DNA of 64,000 bases, taken from NCBI RefSeq assembly GCF_009914755.1, contig NC_060935.1. One strand, written 5' to 3'. The position numbers and the translations under genes were made by a program. The DNA is from the human T2T-CHM13v2.0 reference genome, Homo sapiens. Each line of letters begins with the position of its first letter. Position 1 is the first letter of the stretch. Shown piece after piece: positions 56,136 to 64,000 of this stretch. Below the pieces are notes generated by a model. The model was given only the letters and a program-made list of their open reading frames with translations, had not been told where the DNA came from and did no database searches.

Positions 56136-56303
56136 AAATCATTTTCATGCTGCATTACGGTTGCCAGATTAGTCATTAAATAAACAGTATACAATTCATT
56201 GAACTCTCTGTTAGCCCATTTGAAAGATGATGAAGTTAGAATGCTTAATATATGGTCCTTTGTGTTTGGAGCAGATAAAAGCGTTCTGGAAAATTCCCAA
56301 GAG
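56136..56303 (+). pseudogene. Dynein-like pseudo-exon 5
   Basis: Strong acceptor ttttgtttctaacag| and donor GAG|gttaga, 168 nt, phase 0-0. Reads KSFSCCITVARLVIK*TVYNSLNSLLAHLKDDEVRMLNIWSFVFGADKSVLENSQE with a single TAA at 56181-56183. Resembles DNHD1 QLGKFARLVDYMICQSL and DNAH6 NAVNSLLNHL. Confidence 0.65.
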
Positions 56304-56876
56304 GTTAGATATTAATGGAAAGATCTGCCTCCCTTGGCCCTAAGAAAACATGATAGTTTCTATAGAACTAGAAATGAAGGATTTGAAAGTAACTTAAAAT
56401 TAATCCACCTTTAACTTGAAGAGCACAAAGCACATTACGATAAAACAGGTGTTTTACATTATTCATTTAATTTTCACCAGTCCTTTGAGGGAGCTACTAT
56501 TATTCCAATATTACAAGGAAAAGTAGTTGAGAGAGGAAATACATTTACCTGAGGCCACTTACTCTTTGGTGTCTAGGGTTCAGCCCACCTAAGGCACCTG
56601 GCATGTTAGGAGTATCTCTGTGTGCCTTCTCTGTGCTGGCTAATGTGAGAGTTAGAAAAGGAACACAGCTTTTGAAATATTAGAATCCTTTTTAAATCAA
56701 ATCTGACAATTTTCATGTTGCAGAAGGAGAAAATGAAATTTGAGAAATTGTGTCTCTTGATTAAAGTTACACAAAGAAGGGCAGAATATGTACCTGTCTC
56801 ATCTAGAACAGCACACAGCAGGGACTCTATAAGTCTTAACTGATTGATCCAGTTTTATGTTCCTCTTATTAAAAAG

Positions 56877-57039
56877 AAAAGGAGAGATCTTTAGGAGAAG
56901 GATCTGATGCTACTCTTAAGGGAAGAATTCAGGGTCCCTGGCTTCTAGGTTCTCTGGGAGTATGGGACTTCCTCTATCAGATTCCCACATATCCAGTCTA
57001 ATGTCAGACTTTTGACAGTAACTGCAAAACCTAGGCTTT
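56877..57039 (+). pseudogene. Possible dynein-like pseudo-exon 6
   Basis: ttcctcttattaaaaag| and a consensus donor T|gtgagt. Reads KRRDL*EKDLMLLLREEFRVPGF*...LLTVTAKPRL; the end resembles DNHD1 QKPFL. Confidence 0.35.
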
Positions 57040-57929
57040 GTGAGTGTTCCTTGGAAAATACTGTGCAGTTCTGGGGCTCAGTGATGATTTTCACATTAAT
57101 TCACTATTGGACTTTCAATCTTCTGAGACAATGGCGAGTAATTGTAAGGCAGGCAAGTAGCATTTTGAAGGTGTCATGAAATGTACCTTTATCAGTGTTC
57201 ACAAGACTAGTTAATGACAGAGTAAAATTATGTCCCAGTGTTATATAAACATGTGAGTCCATTTCAGCACTCCCTTTTTCCATTCAAGGAAATCTTGAAT
57301 TATTTTTCTTCAGAGAAGAGAAGTGAGTTTCAGATTTGGTTCTCTTTCTGCAACTGCTTTGTGTCCTTGAGTAAGACATGCATGGAAGGGGTTAGGTGGT
57401 GAAGCAGGTAGACTGAAGCGGAAGTGCTCAGGCTCTGAAGTCAGATCTCAGTTCAAATCTCCTGAGCAGTTTATTTATCTACAGAAGACCCTAGTTCCTG
57501 CATTTCTAAAATAGAAATAATTGTGATACTCCTGTCATTGGTACGGAGGGTTAGATGATCTAATTCTAGTAAAGTCTCTTAGCACTTGGGAGGAACTGTG
57601 TATTGAGTTTCCACTAAGGAAAGGCCAATATTCCTGCAGAGGAAGACATACCGGCTGCCTGAGGCTTCAGTTCTCCAGTGGCTTTCTTACTCTAAACTGG
57701 AGAGGAATGGGCTGGGTCAACAACATTTTCGCAATTGCCCAGAAAGCATAAGTAATGAGTAGTTCTTCCTGTAGTGGCAGGAACATCCATGCTCACCTTT
57801 GCACTTCTGCGGAGCTTGGGGATCCCCATCCTTGAGTACCTCAAATCACACTGAGGCTTCCCATGGCCCACCTTTCCTGTCTGTCTAGTTGCAAGGGGCA
57901 GGATGAGAATAATTTATCTTTGTCTCCTC

Positions 57930-59530
57930 TCTCTTCTGCATCATTAATTTTTCCCTCTCTGTTACACCATTCCTATCAGCATACAAATATGCTGCCATTT
58001 TCCCCACATTAATATGTTTCTTGATCTCATTTTTCAAGTAATACTGTATTTCTTTACTGCCTTTCAGAGCAAAACTTTTAAAAAGACTTGACTTTGTTTA
58101 TTACTTCCAATTCTTCCTTCTAGTCTTCACCCTTAACACCTCTATGAGAAAGCTCTTGATTGAGGACCTCTGCATGGCTAAATCCAATAGAAAATTCTCA
58201 GTCTTTTTCTTATTTGAGCACTCAGAAACATTTGGTTAAGCTGATCACTGCCTCCTCCTTGAAATGATTGATTTATTTGGCTTCTAGGACATTGTTATAT
58301 TCTCCCTCCCTTCATGTTCTCCAGGGCAATATTTTTATAACTCTTCTCTTTGTTATCTCATCCAGTATTATGTTTTCAGTTGCTTCTATACATTGATAAC
58401 ACTTAACCTGTAGATTCATATATATGTGAATCTGACTGTCCAACAGCTCCACTTGGATTGCAGATAGGAATCTTGTCTCAAACCTCACATGCCCCCAAAC
58501 TAAATCCTGAACTTCTTTCCCCAAATCTGGTCCCTATAATTTTTCCCAACATCATGGTAATAATGATAGCAAACATTTACATGGGGCTATGTGGCAAGTA
58601 CTATTTTAATAATTTTTTTATATTCACTCACATAATCCTCAACACCATGTGAGGTTGGCATTATTATTACTTCTATTTTGCAATGCAGAATGGAGGAAAA
58701 TACTTACTTGCCTAGTGTCACAGTGGCAGAGTTGGACTGCAAAGCCAGACTGCCTGGTTCTGGTCTTTCTACTAGCATACTTCCAATTTCTGAAGCCAAG
58801 CATTTTGAAATAATCTATGACTTCTCTCTCTTACACCCATATCCAATCCAATAGCAAATCTTGTTGGCAATACTTTCTTGATATATTCAGAATCTGACCA
58901 CTTACCACCCACATTGTCACAATCCTGGTCCGAGCCATCCTCTGTTTCTTCTGCCCACCTTATGCCCATTGCGATCTGTCTTAGCAAAGCAGCCAAAGGG
59001 AGGCAGGTCATGTTACACCTGCTGCTCATGGCTTCCCATCTCTCAGAGTTAAACACAGCATTCATACAGTGACCTCCAAGGACTTAAATCCTCAGCTGTG
59101 TCTCCTATTACCGCCATAATCTCACCTTCTACTGATCTCCTTGCTCATTCCACTCCACTCACGCTGGGCTCCTAGTGGTTCCCGGAAGATGTACATGCTT
59201 GCTCTTGTCTCAGGCCATATGCACTTGCCTTTCCCTGGCATGTTTTTCTCCCAGATTTCCACATGCCTCGCCTCCTACTTCCTTCAGCTCTTTGGTTAAA
59301 TGTCATCTTTTTAGTGAAGTTTTCTATTTAAAATTGTCATATCTTACCCTACTGAAGTTATTCCTTCTTCCTTGTTTTAAATTTATCATCCTCTGACTTG
59401 CTTTTGTTTATATTTTTTATTCCCAGTAGAATATTAATTTCAGGGCAGAAGAGATTTTTGCTGTTTCGGTCGTGGCATTATCTCCAGTATTTATGTGCCT
59501 GGAACATATTAGGTACTTAATAAATATTTA
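57930..59530 (+). mobile_element. L2 LINE 3' portion with an inserted MIR (about 58555-58760)
   Basis: GCTAAATCCAAT, CTCCACTTGGAT, ATCCAATCC..AGCAAATC, terminal GTGCCTGGAACATATTAGGTACTTAATAAATATT. Confidence 0.8.
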
Positions 59531-59639
59531 TAGAGTTTGTAATAAATGTAAAAATATTTGTAAAAAACGAATAAGTAAATGGTTTTTAGAGATAGAGAAA
59601 TGAAATAATTAGGATTCCCAATACCATAAGTCATGGGTC

Positions 59640-60095
59640 ACAAAGGTACTTTTTGGTACCAAGGACTGGTTTTGTCGAAGACAATTTTTCCACGAACAGG
59701 GATGGGGGATGGTTTGGGGATGATTTAAGTGTATTACATTTATTGTGCTCTTTATTTCTATTATTATTATATTGCAATATGTAATGCTTGATGATATCTG
59801 TCACTGATATCTGCCATCTGGGGGTGATGGGAGACAGTGACAGATCATCAGGCCTTAGATTCTCATAAGGAACGTGCAACCTAGATCCCTCGCATGTGTA
59901 GTTCACAATAGGGTTTGCACTTCTATGAGAATCGAATGCTGCCAATGATCTGACAGGAGGTGAAACTCAGGCAATAATGTGAGTGATGGGAGCAGTTGTA
60001 AATACAAATGAAGCTTCGCTTGCTTGCCAGCCTCTCACCTCCTGCTGTACCACCCAGTTCCTAACAGGCCCCTATGAGGCTGGGGACCCCGTGCT
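59640..60095 (+). mobile_element. MER1A-like hAT-Charlie DNA transposon
   Basis: GGACTGGTTTTGTCGAAGACAATTTTTCCACG..TTAGATTCTCATAAGGA..CTAGATCCCTCGCATG..GGGGACCCC. Confidence 0.8.
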
Positions 60096-60437
60096 GTGAA
60101 TGATAATTTAATTTGGAGCCAGATGGAATTTACATATCTTTTAGGGACACCTCCTCATTTAAAAATGAAGAATCTAAGGAAGAGAAATAAAGTATCTACT
60201 CAAAACCTTGCTGGTTAAACCTCATGCTTCATGAATGAAGTTGTTTAATCATTTAGGGACTACCTTTCCTGTCCCTTCCCACAAGTCAGCTTCTAAAGTT
60301 AACGTTAGATATTGTTATGTAAAAACAAAACCAAAGAAATCTGCAAACTTATAAACATTAAACATTCTAAGGTCTATTTGCTTAAAGATTTTTTCATATT
60401 TGTCATTGCATTTTCTCTGTGTTTGGATTAAAAATAG

Positions 60438-60556
60438 CCAGCTCGCTGCTGATAGTAAGGCCATCAGTTTCACAGCAACATTCAGTTGAAAGCCCAATTA
60501 GTCCGAATCTACAAAAAGGCTGCTATTTAAGGCCATGTAGTATGTTATATCAAATG
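60438..60556 (+). pseudogene. Dynein-like pseudo-exon 7
   Basis: aaaaatag|CCAG...AAATG|gtatgt. Reads QLAADSKAISFT / NIQLKAQLVRIYKKAAI*GHVVCYIKW, like DNHD1 SQLVFDDHGQLSH..NMIQTL. The split W codon TG|G joins the next exon in frame. Confidence 0.55.
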
Positions 60557-61300
60557 GTATGTTAAAATATATTCTGGAGGGAGATGAAGAGACAGTGCAT
60601 GAGGTTTATAGCCCTCAAGTCTTTACTTCAAATAAATGAAATACAGGCTTCTCCCAGGTCTGAGGCTTGACTTTCACTCTGAACTCTGAATTCTACCACT
60701 TTCATTATTTTTAGATAAAGGATTTTAAAGTCCAGAGAAAGAACAATGCTGAGCCCTTATTAATCATAGTGCAAATTTTTGGGTGCTCATTTAGGCTTTT
60801 AGATTTATTTTATACAACTAGAGTTTTATGGGTCAAAGTTTCCTCAAGTTTGTTGGGCTATATCCTGATGTCATATCAAGAACCATCTTCCTTGGATATC
60901 TACTTTTATGTGAATCTCAAGAGATTTGCAAACCTTGATTTATATGTGTGTGTTTTTATATAGTGTCATATTCTGGGTAGTAAGTTGCTTCTGGTTCATA
61001 TTTCTTTCATATAAAGTGCCACAGAAAAACATTTTAGTTATATCACCCTAAATTGAACTTTTTTGACAGTTGTTCATTCCTTAAGCTTGATGGTTAAGCT
61101 AACACTTATTACATATATTTTCTGTTATTAGTTTTTCTTTTTAGGGCCTTTAGGCACATGTCTTACTATGAGACAATCAATGCTTAACTTTTCTGAAAGT
61201 TGCAATTGAAGTTGTAAATGATTATGTGCTGAAGGAATTGGTTTTGAGTCTGCTGCCTGTTTTTCATGGGATCTGTCCTCCTTTTTATTTTTTCCCAAAG

Positions 61301-61453
61301 GCCTATACTGGAATATTCAGTGCAAAAATTACAGGAAGATTTAGAAGAAAATAATCAACAGTATAGAAAAAACATCAGTGGATCTGTGTTCTATTGTCAT
61401 CGATGCTTCCAAAGTTATATTTAAGTGGAACCAATGTACTTACCAGTTACTGA
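61301..61453 (+). pseudogene. Dynein-like pseudo-exon 8
   Basis: Strong acceptor tttttattttttcccaaag|. Reads PILEYSVQKLQEDLEENNQ / IEKTSVDLCSIVIDASKVIFKW, like DNHD1 FPHNYKQLEEDLDNNPKIQQAL...; donor approximately ga|gttagg. Confidence 0.65.
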
Positions 61454-62184
61454 GTTAGGACCCATGATAGATTATATGCTGAATCATTTCATCCAAATTC
61501 TTTTCAGCAGTCAAGTGAAGTAGATATTTCTCTTCTTGAGAGTAGGTAGGCAACAGAGCCTGAGAGTAGTTAGCCACTCTAAGCCACATATCCAGTAAGT
61601 AACAGAGCCAAGACCTCAGATACAATTCAGATTTTGCTCTAAATGCTAAGGTCTTCTGTTATATTGCTCTGCCTCTTTCCATTGACCTCTCAATTTTCTT
61701 TTCAGATCCAACAGGTATTTTTAAAACTATACTAATATAGTAAACTAATATTATGCTTTTTCTTCCTTTCTTTGGCTCCAGTTGCCCATGCTTTGACGAG
61801 TGGGATGGCCCTTTGAAGCAGAGACACACCTTTCTCCCTGGGTGCTACCTGAGCACTTCTTACAAAACCATTTGTTTTATTATGACATTTAGCAGATTGT
61901 GTTATTTTTACTCACATGCCAAATGCTGTACTTCAATATGAGCTTTTCAAGAAGTAAAGAATAGTGAATTATTCCTATTTGTAACACAGATATGAGCCAC
62001 CAGGGGCAACTATATGCAAACTAAATTGATAGCTATGAGGTCATAGTGTTGAACTGTTGTTGCGAATACTTCTCTCGTAGACACCCTGAGAAGTGATAGT
62101 GAGTTCATGCTAAAGCTACAGTCTAACTTTCTAAAAAGAGTTGAAATTATCTCATATTTAACATTCTGTGAATTCCATGTCCAG

Positions 62185-62394
62185 AAGAGTTCAGGGTTAT
62201 CAATGCGGTATTTTCTCAAAATAGAACCACTCTGTTCTCCAAGGACTTAAAATATAGAAGCCCAGGAAATATTCTGTCAGTTATTAAAAATGTCCACTAA
62301 CACATGAAAAAGTTGTTTGGAATTATAATATTCAATGTGGGAGAGACATAATCATGACCTTCTTAATCCAAAATCAAAACTGTTTTCCCAAAAG
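62185..62394 (+). pseudogene. Dynein-like pseudo-exon 9
   Basis: ccatgtccag|...CAAAAG|gttaac. Frameshifted pieces YFLK/*NHSVLQGLKI*KPRKY / VIKNVH*HMKKLFGIIIFNVGET*S resemble DNHD1 YEFLQSWGPQKLEDMR...VSSMPIELLTKGGLLLLSC. Confidence 0.5.
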
Positions 62395-62577
62395 GTTAAC
62401 TGCCTTGTTTACAATTACATAAGTTCTAGCTACATTATCCTCATTTTTATTCTTGTTTCTTCTGGAAAATTTATTGGGTTATTATGCCTTTGAAAGTCAT
62501 AATGGGTTTTCTGGGATTACTATGTAAGCACTACATAATAATTTCTGTTGGAATTCCCTGCTTTTATTTCTTCACAG

Positions 62578-62680
62578 CTGCAGCAGAGCCATCAGAAAAC
62601 AACTCCTGATTTTAGTTGATCAGATTCAAGTCAATGAAAAAATGACGTTTCTGTGTGTCTACTTCGGGCTAAGCACCAGG
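62578..62680 (+). pseudogene. Dynein-like pseudo-exon 10
   Basis: cttttatttcttcacag|C...CAGG|gtaggc. Open frame CSRAIRKQLLILVDQIQVNEKMTFLCVYFGLSTR; the start resembles DNHD1 CWNLSQQLMTELTDF. Confidence 0.55.
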
Positions 62681-62910
62681 GTAGGCACAAGAGAGATCAC
62701 AGGGATGAATTAGTCCTAGCCCCTTGGAGATTATCCTCTCACCCTCTCCCCGCCATAGTTATCTTGGTCCTTTTCACATATATCTTAGCAGGTTCTGTTT
62801 CAGGCAAAGTTTCACTTCTGTATATGTTTGTTACTACTGTTCATTTGAGATCTGCCACTAACCCTCATTATGACCTGGGACATGTCTGTGGCCCCTCCAC
62901 ATGCTGGCAG

Positions 62911-63028
62911 GATAAAAATTGACCAAATATATGATGCTGTCACATAGATGGATCCTATTATTTGGTGATTACATTGAAATCTTTACTGTAAAAATTGTGT
63001 TGTCAAAAATGAAAACAGATGATACTGA
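62911..63028 (+). pseudogene. Dynein-like pseudo-exon 11
   Basis: gctggcag|G...ACTGA|gtaact. Reads IKIDQIYDAVT*MDPIIW*LH*NLYCKNCVVKNENR, like DNHD1 MEYVRALHELIRNHFSLFSAENEA. Confidence 0.5.
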
Positions 63029-63339
63029 GTAACTCACTAGTGCCCTAAAGTACTCTACAGCTTTTCAAACAAAATTGAATATTCTTTTCAACATTCTCTC
63101 TGTAAAAAAAAAAAACAATTCTATATTAGTGACCCTATATCCAATAGCCAGTTCAAATTTTGTTTTTCTCATGTCATACATCTCTCTTTTGACTTCTCTG
63201 AAGTCATCAATCTACTGGCCACTTACCTTGTGACACAGTGGCAGAAGATGTAGGAAAATCTGTGCTACCCATCATTGACTAGCCACTTTACTATCTGAGG
63301 TTTGTTAGTCTCAACTGTAAAAAAAAGGATCAAATGATC

Positions 63340-63700
63340 TGGTGTCCTTTTCCATTCAAAGACTCTTGAGGTCAAAAGAATTGAATAGAATCACATTGGA
63401 GAAAAACCCTATGAATGTAAGAAATGTGGTTTGGCCTTCAGTTTTCCCAGTTCTTTTTGAAAACATGGAAGAGCTCATGTGGAAGAAAAGCCTTATGAAT
63501 GTAAGAAGCATGATGAGGCCTTTAGTTGTTCCATTTTCACTTCATGGCATAACTTATTCTGGAGAAAAACTATGAATGTATGGAATGTGGGAATGTTTTC
63601 ATTTCTCATATGTATGCAAAGAAACATGGTAATAGACACTGAAGAAAATTTTATAAATATAAGAATGCATACTGGATTAAAGTACTAGTAGTATAAAAAA
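63340..63700 (+). pseudogene. C2H2 (KRAB-ZNF-type) zinc-finger processed pseudogene fragment; UTR-like remnant probably continues to the window end
   Basis: Reads [46 protein letters not shown], i.e. TGEKPY-like linkers with stops and lost Cys/His residues. Confidence 0.85.
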
Positions 63701-63707
63701 TACAGAA

Positions 63708-63818
63708 AAATGGCGTGAACCCGGGAGGTGGAGCTTGCAGTGAGCCAAGATTGCATAACCGCACTCCAGCCTGGGCGACAGAGTGAGACTCCATCTCAAA
63801 AAAAAAAAAAAAAAAAAA
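63708..63818 (+). mobile_element. 5'-truncated AluY inserted in the ZNF retro-fragment
   Basis: AATGGCGTGAACCCGGGAGG.GGAGCTTGCAGTGAG (Y diagnostics), poly-A, TSD-like TACAGAAAA on both sides. Confidence 0.9.
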
Positions 63819-64000
63819 GTACAGAAAAGTTATCACTTTTAACAATTACTTTAAAAGTCACGTGAAACTTCTACTGGAAAGAAATCCTACACGTAATATG
63901 GAAAGCCTGGTGCAAAATAATTATTGTATAATGCTTGTGAAAATTCACAACATGAATAAAATATTACATGACTTATAAGGTGTTTTGTCCATGACTCACT

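Noticed and set aside
60315-60510. Minus-strand exon-like readings at 60.3-60.5 kb and 56.1-56.3 kb
   Set aside because: The plus-strand readings have better splice sites and fit the colinear dynein-like series.
60715-60980. Exon candidate tttttag|IKDFKVQRKNNAEPLLIIVQIF...
   Set aside because: It would break the in-frame TG|G junction between 60556 and 61301, and homology is weak.

Overview
This is primate (very probably human) euchromatic DNA: AT-rich, repeat-dense, with no intact protein-coding gene. Almost all ORF-track entries are chance ORFs or repeat-derived. Recognisable repeats are about 11 Alus, MIR/L1/L2 relics and DNA transposons (MER2, MER1A). Retroviral elements include a near full-length decayed HERV-I/HERVIP10 (LTR10-type) provirus at 21497-29656, a complete MST (MaLR) element, solo LTR17 (HERV-W) and LTR22 (HML-5), and an ERVL pol relic. 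A C2H2-ZNF retro-fragment lies at the right end. The main non-obvious result comes from reading the unique DNA between the repeats. It contains a colinear series of about 10-12 short + strand segments bounded by AG/GT splice signals (681 to 63028). Their translations follow, in order, the N-terminal tail of DNHD1/DNAH6-type dynein heavy chains, and they carry stops and frameshifts. This looks like an ancient unprocessed (possibly unitary) dynein-heavy-chain pseudogene. Its 42-kb intron appears to host a second, antisense, decayed exon with an IQ-like motif. Protein similarities and repeat subfamily names were judged by eye against remembered sequences and need BLAST/HMM/RepeatMasker confirmation.
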